Shown here in pieces: positions 25,981 through 38,078 of a stretch of 64,000 bases of DNA. The notes below the pieces were generated by a model, which was given only the letters and a program-made list of their open reading frames with translations, searched no databases and was not told the origin of the DNA. This DNA comes from Callorhinchus milii (Eukaryota). Numbering within the stretch: the stretch's first letter is position 1; each line of letters opens with the position of its first letter. Both the position numbers and the translations under genes were made by a program. The DNA is taken from contig NW_024704762.1 in NCBI RefSeq assembly GCF_018977255.1, positions 6,510,001-6,574,000 of the forward strand. Reading direction: 5' to 3'.

Positions 25981-27169
25981 TTAAACAAGGAGAGGGAAGA
26001 ATTAATTGTTTAAAGTAGGCGACACTGTAAATGTCTTTTTTTTTAACGTAATTATTATTCTTTGTAAGTAAGCGCAATGATACAAATTGACTTTTATTGC
26101 ATCTACGATTTGTACTTTACATTATTTTCCAGTGGTAGAGTGTCAATAAAACTTCACTTAACATTGTCAGTGTTTCTTTGGATTCATTCGAACTGAGTTA
26201 GAGAATGCAGTTTATGTAACTAAGTACTTAACAGGCAAAAAAGGAACATTTTTTGTTAATGTCGCCATAAATCCCGCGCACAAAAGCTTCGAAACCCAAT
26301 AATTGCTGATGAAAATGCCATGAGTTTAATATACACAAACACCTGTAATTTGTTTCCGAATTAAACTGCAGGTATTTAACCTTATTTTCTGCACATCGCG
26401 CGGACATACAGACCTGCGCCGGTGTAAGAAAATGGTTAGGGCTCTCTGATAAAATGCGGTCAATTTGGATTGACGCTACTTCAGGGCTTCAAGTCAAGTG
26501 ATGTAAATAGGAATCTGGCTTGCAAGGCAAAGCCCTCACGGGGAGGGGTGGTCCTCGCCGGACAAGCAACGGAAAGATGGCCAGACAGTGCCCTCAAAGC
26601 CAAACCGTGCAGTCTTAGCTGGTGAGACTCCAGCAGTTAAACCCGACACACCCTCTGGGTTCCGCAACTTGCCTCATCGTTCCTGGTGCCTCCATTTGAC
26701 AGTGTGAAAAGCGATAGGTTCACCACAGACGTGAGAGGCGTGTTAGAGTCGAAAGGTATTTTATATCAACGCACGGACAGAACCCGGCTGATTGCAGTGC
26801 ACGACCTAAAAATAAACCTTGAGAAACTTTTGACGCACCTCCTTGCACCGGGAGTGGTTAGATAGCCAGTTAGTTGATTAGTTAGGATTGCGCTCCAGAT
26901 CTTGACCCGACTCCAATTCCATCCGAGTGGAGTTAATCCTCATCTGTTTCGGGTTCAGGATTCGCACCATTCAGGCCCGCTCGGATTCTGATGATGCTGC
27001 GGTTTCAATGTGACAGACGTCCGAAAATACAAGGCATCGTACGCCCGCGCTTGCGCACAAAAGCGAGCTATTTTCTCCAGACTGCAATACTACACGCACG
27101 ATGTGCGATATAAAGAGAAAACATTGAGAAAAAGCCGTCAAAGCACCAACCCCTCTTCCCTCTCGCTCT

Positions 27170-27310
27170 CACACGCACTCACGCACACTCATTCACACAT
27201 ACACTCACACACACACGCACGCACGCACCCATACATTCGCGGGCGCACTCACACATGCACTCACACTCAAGCGCACTCACCCACACACACACACTCACAC
27301 CACACGCGCG
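27170..27310. repeat. Imperfect (CA)n/(CACT)n microsatellite
   Basis: Directly visible. Confidence 0.9.
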
Positions 27311-28177
27311 CTGAAAAGAACTGGTGTCAGCTCGGCTCAGTAGGTAGCACTCTCTCCTCCATGTCAGAAGATTGTGGGTTCGACCCCCACGTGCGGACTT
27401 GGACTCACAGGACACAAGGGCTTGACCCTACAGTGCAACGCCCACATGAAAGGCGCTATACAGCAACAACTTGCACTTATACAGCGCCCTCCATCTCATC
27501 TCAGAGCTCTATATCAAATGTAACTATAATTCATCGTTCGTCTTGTAGGTGCAGATAATCTGCCACGTTTGCCAACGTAGCAGCGTTGACTTGATTTCAA
27601 CGCCTTCACGTTTTAACGTGCCTTTCCCACCCTCTCGCCCTATTCCTAGTGGAGAAATTGCTGAGCCGTGTCCTGCAGTCTTGTTACTCAAAATAGCTAC
27701 CGGCCCCAGCATTTGGACGCAGTTGGGATCGGAGGCAACGGTGCTCTGGGGCTCTGCCGTGCGCGAGGAGAGGCGCGCGCTAAATGCAAGTTGTTGTTGT
27801 TGTTGTTGGGTTCTTTATAGAAAACCGGTTGATTTCCAGACTCGTGATTGGATCTCCTATTGGAAGGAGGGCTTATCGTTTTAATTCGGTGCAACGGCAG
27901 ACGGACTTTTTTTTATTTAAAAACATTACAATTCACCGATATAAAGCAACATTTTTTTCCTCCCCCTCTTTGCGTTTTTTTCACCCGCAGCGGGGGGGGG
28001 AGGAGGGGGGGAAGGGGTTGGGGGGGGGGAGGGAAGGAGAGAGGGAAGGGCGGAGGGTGGGGGGAAAGAGAAATGAAAACACTGTTTTGTTTTGTTTTTT
28101 TGTTTGTCTTTCGCCGACCGCGACTCGCGACCCGCGACCCGCGACGTGACTGCGTGCGCGTGAGTGGGACTCGGAAC

Positions 28178-31100
28178 CTAGTCGTGTCTTTTGCTCTCCG
28201 TGAACCTATTTTTGCCCCCGGGCTTCGGCGCGCCGGGTTTCTTGTGGCCGCTCTCGACACCGTCGCGCTCGTCAGCCCTGACCGGCCCGAGCTGCTGCTT
28301 GCTATGGCCGTCGTATTCTTTGTGCCCTTTGTAATCGTGCTTTCGGCTGACGTCGTCGCCCCGTGGCTTGTTCCTCCCGTACGGCTTGTGCTTTTCAAAG
28401 TCTCTGGCTTGGCCTTGGTGTTTTCTGTACGTATCTTGTTTGGCATTTTTGTCATACTTCCTGGGAGAGCTGTGATTAAATTTACCCCCCTTATCACGGG
28501 CCTCTTCTTTGCCCTTGTAAAATTTCTTGTCCTCCCCTTCTTTGAAGTGCGGCTCCTTCAGCCCTCTGTGCTTTTCCGACTTGTGTTCTTTTTTGAAGTG
28601 TTTATCGTCTCTCTTCTCGGGTTTGGGTTTGGGTTTGTGTTTGTGTTCTTTCCCCGGTCCGGTCTTTGAGGCTGAGTTGCTGCCGTCTTTTGGCTTGAAA
28701 CCGCCCCTCGGAACCTTTATGTCCTTAGCTTGCGGAGAGGGCTTCCTCTGGGCTGCCTCGTCCTTCGGTCTCTCGTGGCGTTTTCTGGCGTCCGTTCGGG
28801 CCGGGGCAGCGAAGGGAACCTTTTTCTCGTGCTCCGCAACTTTCTCGGGTCCTGAAATGTGTCCCCGATCCTCGAACGCAGTCCTTACGTCCTAGGGCAA
28901 GGAAACAAGGTCATCCGTCTTTGCCATCGCAGGAGCTGAAATATTATTTTTTTTCGCGTTCAGCCTTTCTGGCCCCAGCTTTCCCGCAGACCCTCCTCTT
29001 TGACCGCGCCTTCGTTCACCTTCCTACCCCCACCCACCCTCCCTGCCCTCCACCCCCATCCTGATCCTAACCCCCAGATTCCTTGATTGTCCAGCGCTTT
29101 GGGATGTCCTCCTGATCTGAAAGGCGCTGCACAAATGTAATTAACGTGCAGTGTTAGATGTTCTCTCTAACCCCCCATCCCTGGCCATTGTGCGCGCGCA
29201 TGTGTGTGCACATGTGTGTGTATGTGCGTGTGCGTGTGTGTGCCGCACTGAATCGTAAGTCTCAATATTCAATCATATCTGCTACAATATTATAGGAATA
29301 ATATTGGATGAGAAAGTAACGAGGCACCAAATTTCTCATGGTTTTAGCTTTAAGACCATATACGTGTCTTCAGAGTGTGATTATATATATATATACATAT
29401 ACTTTTTAAAAATTCTCAAAATCCCCCTGAAATTAGAAGACTTTTTTTTACAACAATACCCCATAAGGGACAGGTTTCCCAATTAAGGTTGAATTTTGTT
29501 GTCGTGGTTCCCTGCCCAAACCCCCAGCCTCCCCCACCACCACTCCTCCTGTGGGTGAAGCAGTTTGAGACGTCCTCCCGATGTGAAAGGTGCTACTTAT
29601 AAGCACCACCTGTGCTGTGATCTTTCCTCCAGCTTCGTTAGTTGTCCCTTCATCCTCAATGGCGTTCTCAACAGACTCCCCCCGGGCACTCTCCCTTCTA
29701 GTCTCCTGGACACCAACTGATGAAACTAGACGCCTGTGCTTGGCGTGCTGTCATGCGTGTCAGCCTGGCTCAGTGCTAGGGCTCCCTTTCTCGCCTCCGA
29801 GTCAGAAGGTTGTGGGTTCAAACCCCTACGTCGGGACTTGGAATCGCACCGTCTAAGCTGACGCCCCAACGCAGCGTTGGGGGTGTGTTGCATTGTCGGA
29901 GGTGCCGTCCTTCGGGTGAGTCGTAAAAACAGGTAGAGGTCCCGCCTGCCTGTTCGGGTGGATGTTAACGATCCCACGGCACTGTCTCTCTCCCGGTGTC
30001 CTGGCCGACAATCCCCCCACCCCCCCACAAAAAAAATTGGTCACTCACTCCATAGCTGTTTACGGGACACTGCTGTGCACAAATTGGCTGCTACGTTTGT
30101 CTGAGCAAAAACACGCACAGCTTCACAGAAAACTCTGTGAGGTGCCTCAGGATGATTCGATGTGATAAGACTCTATATCAAACACTCGGTAAAAGACCTG
30201 ACTGGTATGTTCTACGTTCTTGTTTTAAAGGTTCCCCGTTTCTTACCAGGGTCAAATCGTCATCATCTGGAAGCCCGTTGTCAGAGTAGGACAACATGGA
30301 ATCAGCCTCGTCGTCTAGTTCAAAAACACCTGCAAGAATAGTCTTTGTGAGAAATCATGGCACTGTTCTCACCAGTCACCATCGGTTCTTAACTGAGTGT
30401 CGTTGTCTCTGAAAAAGGGATAATACTACTAACAATAATGATTCTTGCATTTGATATAGCTTTGAGACATCTCAAAGGCGCTATATCAAAAGCAAGGACT
30501 CTTCTTTTTATTATTATTTCGTTATATGCACTGTAAAATCTGTCTCTCGTCACTCGATTGCACGTGTTTTTATTTGTAAAGAACAACAATCAATGAAGGG
30601 GACTATAAGAGACCTGTTTAAGGTGATTCTGTATCTCATCCTGTAGCCATTTGTGCTTCAATCTTTTGCAAATTTTACAAAAGGAATCGAGAGTGAGGAG
30701 AGATCCCACTTTAAGAGACAACGACGCAGTATAAAAGGACACTGGGAAAGGACACACAGGGCAGATATGTGCTTATTGGAGGAGGTTTGGATTGTAATCA
30801 AGACTCAGATAAACTTACTAGCGGAAAAGTACTTGGTGAGTGCTTGCTACACCGAGGGTTGGGTGTAATGAAACCCGAGCAACAGTTGCATTTCAGAATA
30901 TTAACCTCTCAATGGGATTGTCCTGTGAGAGCAGATGTCCCTTGTTCAACTGAAAGCGGGTGAGACGTCTGTTTCAATGAGGACCGTAAAACCTATCAAA
31001 GGTACAGTCCGGTGGGAGCTCTTACCTGCGATCACCTGCACTCCCATGGTCAGAAGCACAATCACTGTGGCCACTATAAGACACCTGTTTAAGGTGATCC

Positions 31101-32825
31101 CCGCCAAGGGATCTTCTTCTCCGGCAACTTTCGCTTCGATCTTTTCGACGCCCAATCTTGGCAGCTTCACTGGGGAAACAGAGAGGGAAAACGTCAGCTT
31201 GCCGTGACTCTCGTTGCCTTCCCGTTCCGTCCTGTATTCTCGGATCGATTCGATGACGATTAAAAATACAACATTCGATTCGATTTTAAAACATGACGTG
31301 CTGGGACTCAGCGCAACTCTTGTCAAGTAGAAAAATAAGAAGAAGAATTTTGGTCTCTCAAACCATGACTGTTTGTGGGACGTCGTTGGGCGCATTTGCC
31401 TGTCGCGTTTCGCCCACATAATACACAATCAATTCGCTTTACCGTATACCCCGTGATGTGCTTCGATACGTGATAAGGCGCTATCCCAAATGCAAGGATT
31501 ATTACTAAGTACCAGTAGTTTTGTATGAGAATTTTTAGTCTTTAGCTTAACACGGTAGCAGGTTACAGTCCTTATACACAACACCTTCTCCTGTCTTTTT
31601 ACTGCTCTGTTTCGTATCCTTTGCTGTTTCGGTGATTGTTTTCTGCGGTGCCTTCTGTCTGTCGCTTCTGCGTCTTGAGTTTTCTGTCCTTATTTCTTCT
31701 ATTTGCAACTCGTCCTTTTCCTTCTCTGTGTCCTGCAAAACAGGCGACAACAACAAGAACAACGACAACAAATTCCATTTGTACAGCGCCTTTCACGTCG
31801 GGAGGACGTCCCAAGGCGCTGGACAGTCAGGGATTTGGACCTGAGCAGAGGGTTGGGATCAGGGGGTGGGTGGTTGAATGCATGGCATATGGATAAGTAC
31901 ATAAATATTGACAGCATGATGACTTAAGTGATAGTGACTAGTTAAGCCAGGGTTGAGTTATGAGTTTACTGTATTGATGCTGCCGTTGGTGCAAACCAAT
32001 CTACGCTTTAAACCGAGTTTGTTCTTGAACACAACAGTCGTGGTCACTTACGTCTGATTTCTCGCTGATCTTTTTACTCTTCTTCAAAATCTGAACATCT
32101 GCAGTGAAAGGACGACCCGTTAGATAATCCTCGCGGTTTCCCCATAACTCATTCCCGTGCGCCTCTGTAAACCCCGTCGTGAAAACTCGGCCTCTACTTG
32201 TACGGTCACAGGTGATTGTGGACAAGGCGATCAACTTAATCAAGCGAGACCATTCCTCTAACACTGGGATTTCCTCATTAAATCAACCAACCGTCTCGCA
32301 ACCACCCTAGATTGAAAGTGCCGTCTTGTAATGATGTATAAATATTCCCCGAAAAATCCAGTCCCTTCTAACCTTTATTTTTTGGGGGGGGGGGGGTCAG
32401 CCGAGTGTCTTGACACACGCGCGGAAACCCCTCACCGTGCTTAAGGGGGCTCCAAACCAAACTGACAATTCCATGCGTCTCAACCCACCTACACGTGGAA
32501 ATTCCCAAGGTGGCTATCGGAAGGGAATGCGCACTCTCTTTCCCTGGAGTACGTTGGGCGAACCGCTTGGAATCTAACCTGCTAAAACCACATAGCTTGC
32601 CCTTGAACGAAACCCTCACGCGAGGAGCTGGATGAAACAGTTGGTGCCGAGTCAACCTTTCCAATCTCGATCAAAGTGTTTTTTTTTCATTCATTCCAAC
32701 ACATTATTTCTGCAATTTGCTGACCCAAGCTCACCTTGACGTCGCGATGGCTCTGCTTGCGGAGGTAATTCTTGTATTGCTTCGGCGAGATCTTCCTCGA
32801 CTGATTTGAAGATATCTTCCTCCAT
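28178..32825 (-). CDS. JSRP1: Junctional sarcoplasmic reticulum protein 1 (JP-45)-like single-pass membrane protein, ~440 aa
   Basis: Exons (-): 32735-32825 MEEDIFKSVEEDL; 32052-32098; 31585-31732; 31026-31169 (ITLNRCLIVATVIVLLTMGVQVIA, matching the JSRP1 L-N-K-C-L transmembrane segment); 30247-30329; probable cassette 29610-29705; 28178-28891 (K/E/H-rich tail ending KRHD*). Phases are consistent. AATAAA on - at 27912-27917. The position between AMH and OAZ1 matches JSRP1. The start codon is less certain. Confidence 0.8.
29757..30185 (+). mobile_element. Second tRNA-derived SINE (family B), diverged
   Basis: Head GTCAGCCTGGCTCAGTG...GAGTCAGAAGGTTGTGGGTTCAAACCC. Related heads at ~27322-27410, ~50700-50750 and ~7085-7155 (-). 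Shares core and tail with family A. Confidence 0.7.
30580..30672 (-). pseudogene. Decayed duplicate (pseudo-exon) of the JSRP1 transmembrane exon
   Basis: Minus strand reads CAAAAGATTGAAGCACAAATGGCT...ATCACCTTAAACAGGTCTCTTATAGTC, versus the functional exon GAAAAGATCGAAGCGAAAGTTGCC...ATCACCTTAAACAGGTGTCTTATAGTG. Contains a stop and indels. Confidence 0.75.
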
Positions 32826-33544
32826 GTCGGAACCCTCTGAAGGACGGAAAGAGCACCTTAACCCTCCGTGGCACACACTCGACCACGATCTATCCCCGAC
32901 CGCGTTTCTTTTGTGTCACATTACTTTGCCTCGCGTCCGCAGCGCGCATTTACTGTTTTATTCACAGTCGGGATTCACGTTGCAAAACAAAAACAGAAGT
33001 GGCTGGGGAGCACTCAGCGGGTCAGGCAGCATCTATGGAGAAAGGAAAGCGAGTCAACGTTGTGGGTCCTTCGTCAGAACTGTGGGAAAACTGGATGAGA
33101 AAAGGATCAGGTATTTGGTGGAATCCTGCAGTCGTTGCACTTGTCATTGAGTGAACACAAATTCTCACCTCACAATTTCTTAAGGCGGCTCAAGGCAGAG
33201 CGAACGCACAAAAACTACAATAATGATCATGATAATTAATAATAGCTTCCTTTTTGGTTCTGTTTTCCTATGTTCCTAATGTGTCGATGCTGAGTATTTC
33301 ATGGTGTCTGTTGTACAGAGTTAGTGCTGTCACTTTGGGTTAATAATAATAATAATAATAATAATCCTTGCAGTTAATATTGTGCCTCATCACGTCGTCG
33401 AGACACCTCAAAGCGCTTCGCAGGACGTACTGTAAAGTGCAGTGACTGTGTATTTCGTGGGCGAAACGCGGCAGCCAATTGCGCACAGTTAATGACTTTA
33501 AGATTAAGAATTAAGATGGTTGTCAAAAGAACCAGAAGGGGAGA

Positions 33545-33810
33545 GGAGGAGAATTTTTTTCGCACAGCGAGTTGCGCCGACTGGAAGGGTGGTGGAAGCC
33601 GATTCGATAACAACACCCAAGACAGAAGTGGATGGGCATTTGGGGAGGACAAATTTGCAAGGCTACGTACGGGAAGAGAGCCGGGGAGCGGGATTAATCT
33701 GGATAGCTCTTTCAAAGAGTAGGCACAGGCAAGATGGACCAAAAATGGCCTCCCTCTGAGCTGTATAATTCTTCTTATGTTGTTATTATTATAATTCTAT
33801 GATTCTATAA
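33545..33810 (+). mobile_element. CR1-type LINE 3' end fragment
   Basis: TTTTTTCGCACAGCGAGTTG...GATGGACCAAAATGGCCTCCCTCTGAGCTGTA...ATTCTATGATTCTAT tail, typical of CR1 3' ends. Confidence 0.65.
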
Positions 33811-34964
33811 AGTACATCTTGGGTACTCAAGCTGCACTACGAGGATCGCCCAGGCCACGGCGCTCACACAGAGCATTTTCAATTGAAAATCCTCAGTGTT
33901 ATTGGGGTTTAATTCCCTGCACGTGCAGAGCTCGGCATTTTTCCCGATTGACTTCCACTTAAATAACTACAGTGGAGGGCAGGAGCTGTACCGGAATATC
34001 ATGGCTCCCAAACATTTTTTTCCCCCTGTTGGGAAGTCGGGGGGTGGAATATGATAATAATAAGTCTTGCGTTTGATACAGCGCCTCATCACGTCTTCGA
34101 GACGTCTCAAAGAGCTTCACAGGGTATCCTGCAAAGTGTCGTGACTGTGTGTTTTATGGGCGAAAGGCGACAGCCAATTGCGCACAGCAATGTCCCATAA
34201 GCAGTCATGGATTGAGTGATCACATTATTATTATTATGATTATTATTATCATCATAATAATTATTATTAACTTGCCCAAGGTTTGGCCCTGCCCGGGAAT
34301 GAAAACCAATGGGTGGGGGGGGGGGAGGTTTATGAAATATATACTTCTCTGTGACATTTAATCATGAGGCAAAACAGCACTGACTGCGCCTTAGAGCCAA
34401 ACAATGTCTTTCCTCCCCAAAATAAACAGAAACCTTAGCCAGACGGCGGAAGCAGAAGGTGTCGTTTGTTTCAAGAACAAATTTCTGTTAGGAAATAATA
34501 TCGCGGGACACAACAGCATATAGGTTTGGGACACGACATGTCAAGCGGCTGCCAGGATGGCGGATGGCGAACTCGATGGACCTTGGTCTTCTCTCGCCTA
34601 GAAAATTGGTACGTTCTTAGAAAACAGATGCACTGAAAACGTGAGAGAGGTTACGTGTGCTCTGTTGCAGCGGGAACGGTGATCGTGATATGACAGTGCT
34701 GGGGAATAGGGAACAGAAAATCTTTTAAAACCTCGAATCCCAGAGCACTCGTGTTCCAAATCTCAAATAATAGATTCTCCAAATTTGGATTCCGAGGGTA
34801 TTTAGGATAAAACCACAGAGGACGAGGCTCATATTAGAGTTGCCAAGGTAACTCGGCAGACCGGGAGAATGTTCTAAGTGTTCTGAGGTCTGGTGGGGAA
34901 TGTAAGTTTAAGCTCCTGCTAGAAATCTGGCCGATCGATAATAGTTATCATCAATCCACCCCAA

Positions 34965-34970
34965 CACGCG

Positions 34971-35015
<45 letters not shown>

Positions 35016-35220
35016 ACTCACACGCGCGCACTCACTCACACACACACTTACACGCTCACACACACACGCTTGCACACACGCGCTCACGCAAGCACACGCT
35101 CGCACAAGCACACGCTCACACAAACACGCGCTCACACAAACACGCGCTCACACAAACACACGCTCACACACACACACTCATACAAACACACACACACATG
35201 CTCACACACACACACACACA
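34965..35220. repeat. Long compound (CA)n/(CG)n microsatellite
   Basis: Directly visible. Confidence 0.95.
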
Positions 35221-35981
35221 GAACGACCTGGCGATCTGTTCAGCCATCGCCACAAATTTTTTTTTACAGCCAGAAGTTTCAAATGATATAAAATTGGACT
35301 AAGGTGCTGTCGTACTAATAATCGTGATGATAATCATCCTTGCAATTGGTACAGCGCCTTTCACGTCAGGAAGGGAGGGCTCGAAGCGCTTCACAGGATA
35401 TAATGTAAAGCGAAGTGACTGTGTTGCTTTGTGGGCAAATTGGCAGCAATGTCCCGCAAACAACTACGCAGTGAGTCACCAATTTTATCTGGCGGGTGGG
35501 GTGGGGTGGGGTGGATTGTTGGGCAGGACACCAAGAGATACGCTCCTCTCCTTATGAATAGTGTCACGGGACCTTTAACCTCCACCTGATTTAATGTGGA
35601 GTAACGTGCAGTCACCTACAAAAAAAAAGCCGTCGCGGACTTGTCCTGCGGAAGCATTTTGAGAAATCCCCACCTCGGCGAAGGGAGTCTGTATCAAACG
35701 TACGGATTAGGATTGATATCTCAAGCTCCGCAGCGTGTTGATTTGCCTCCTGCAGCCCCGCAAACGGTCAACACTGTGCACATCCAGAGGCTGACTGTAA
35801 GTCGGGCAAAAGTTACGCGTGTTTTCTTGAAGCTAGAGTCGCCTATTGTAAATACAGGCTGCTTCCTCTTTGAGCGGAGTGGCTGAGAGTTGACTGTAAC
35901 AACAACAACAAGATTCCATTTATAAAGCGCCTTTCAAGTCAGGAGGACGTCCCAAGGCGCTGCACAGTTGGGTCATGACCC

Positions 35982-36266
35982 GAGCAGGGGGGAAATGGTC
36001 AGGGTGAAGGGAGGGAAGGGAGGGAGCGAGGAGGGGGGAAATGGTCAGGGTGAGGGGAGGGAAGGGAGGGAGCGAGGAAGGGGGAAATGGTCAGGGTGAG
36101 GGGAGGGAAGGGAGGGAGCGAGGAGGGGGAAATGGTCAGGGTGAGGGGAGGGAAGGGAGGGAGCGAGGAGGGGGAAATGGTCAGGGTGAGGGGAGGGAAG
36201 GGAGGGAGCGAGGAGCGGAGAAATGGTCAGGGTGAGGGGAGGAAAGGGAGGGAGCGAGGAGGGGGA
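35982..36266. repeat. 45-46 bp G-rich minisatellite, ~6 copies
   Basis: Unit GAGCGAGGAGGGGGAAATGGTCAGGGTGAGGGGAGGGAAGGGAGG. ATGGTC recurs at 35995, 36041, 36087, 36132, 36177 and 36223. Confidence 0.95.
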
Positions 36267-36850
36267 AGAGAGTCGAGAGGGGAGCTGAAAGGCTGTAAGG
36301 CAGAATAAGTCATATAAGTCGTGACTGAAGACCCTTCCTCGTCGACCGTGCCTACGGTCACCTCCCACCCTCTCCCCCCACCCCCCGCGACGCCCTGCCA
36401 CCCGGCTCAGCACTGCACTCCGCCACTCTGGGACGCTCCCGGTGTGAGGGGCGCTGTGTAAACGCAAGTTATTTTTCCTGGCAGTATTGGAATCGCCTCT
36501 TTCCAAGCTGTGCCGTATCCACTTGCCCATTATTTACTGTGGGAGCCTTTGACAGTGAATGAATGGCACGGGACTTTTCATACACAGGAGGCAATGTAGC
36601 CAAACCCGAAAATATCTTCCCCGACATCTATCCCACCCGCAGGTTAGCAATCGCAAACGCAAACCCTGGGCTGAGTTTCTGCTCTCTTCAGTCGCTGACG
36701 CCGATTATAACTCTTTATTGCTGCCTCGGAAGAGATTATGTTACTCCACTCGAGACCGAGGGCAGAACCTGGGGCCTTCCTGATGTATGTAACACATCAG
36801 CTCCTCCCTGGACAACTTGCCGAGCAATCAGAGAGGCCCACGTGCATTTA

Positions 36851-37128
36851 TAATAATAATAATAATAATGATAATCATAATAATCCTAGAGTGTGACATA
36901 GCGCCTTATCGCGTCTTCGAGACATGTGGAATTCCTGCTTTAAAGGAATTATTATCCCCGGAAAAGCCATCCGCCAATCGTCTAACAACCGGGTTCCTAC
37001 TTACAGCTGGGTAAATAGAGGCGTGTGGCGTAAGGAATCTTGCCCAACGTTTCGCCCTGCCAGGAATAGAAGCCCAGGTCCTCCCGCTCGCGAGGCGAGT
37101 GCTCTCACTGCTAAGCTACAGGACTCCA
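36851..37128 (-). mobile_element. SINE family A copy (internally deleted)
   Basis: Ends in GCTACAGGACTCCA (reverse of the head), with the (TAA)n tail at the left. Confidence 0.85.
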
Positions 37129-37822
37129 TTTATAGGTCGTGATGAGCTACCCTATAAATTGTTGACCAAATACACAGAGTTGAAGTTGTCAGGTTCGCAA
37201 AAAGTCTGTGACATCTCTTTCCCCCACTTGTGGACATCACTTTGTGCTCTCATAGCCAAATAAAGAATCTGAGGCGCACGACCATTGGCCCAACGCATCA
37301 GTGCTGTGTGAGTGAATCGTAATTACACGCCCAAGCATCAATTGGCATTGAGTTTTAACCTGCGTTCACAGCTGAGTTGTTGTTGTTGTACGTCCTCCTG
37401 ACGTGAAAGGCGCTACGCAAATGTAACTTGTTGTTGTTGTTTTAGCCACTCACAAATCATGGTTGCCACAAACCTGTCACTGGGTTCTGCTTTCACATCT
37501 GTTTGTTGTGGTTAAAAACAAATCTCCAGACATTTTGATGCACTTGACTCACAGGCAGTCTGTAACAAGAGCCTCCTGTATTAAGTCTCGCCCAGCAATT
37601 ATTGCGTTACATGTTTGGAAACCCTCGAATGCCTTAGTATGAACAGATTCATTAGGCGGGTCAAACTGGAAGCGTGTTCCGCAGCTTAATACTGTACCGC
37701 AGCTTAATACTGTACCTCCCTCCCTACAGTAAACTTCTGATAACCCCACCCTTAACTTGTCTCAAGTTGTCACTCCGACTCCTCAGTCATCACTCTGTCA
37801 ACATCCCGGCCACATGTATTTA

Positions 37823-38078
37823 TAATAATAATAATAATAATCCTTGCATTTGATATAGCGCTTTTCACGTCGGGAGGACGTCCCAAAGCGCTTCACAGAA
37901 CACACTGTAAAGTGAATTGACTGTATATTTGTGGGCGAACGCGGCAGCCAATTGCGCACAGCAATGTCCCACAAACAGTCGTAGATTGAAAATGACCAAT
38001 TTATTATTGTTTTGTTTTTTTGGAGGGATTATTATTATGCTCTGTGTGGAGTAAGGAAACTTGCCCAAGGTTTCGCCT
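37823..38078 (-). mobile_element. SINE family A, 5'-truncated
   Basis: Near identical to the 3' two thirds of the 59707 copy, in reverse. Confidence 0.88.

Noticed and set aside
27848-28895. Hydrophobic + strand ORFs (273 and 122 aa) resembling membrane proteins
   Set aside because: Antisense of the Lys/Glu-rich JSRP1 last exon; A-rich codons read as F/L/V on the opposite strand.
35982-36266. Regular repeats as a possible CRISPR array (also 11297-11448)
   Set aside because: Head-to-tail units with no unique spacers and no cas genes, in a vertebrate context.
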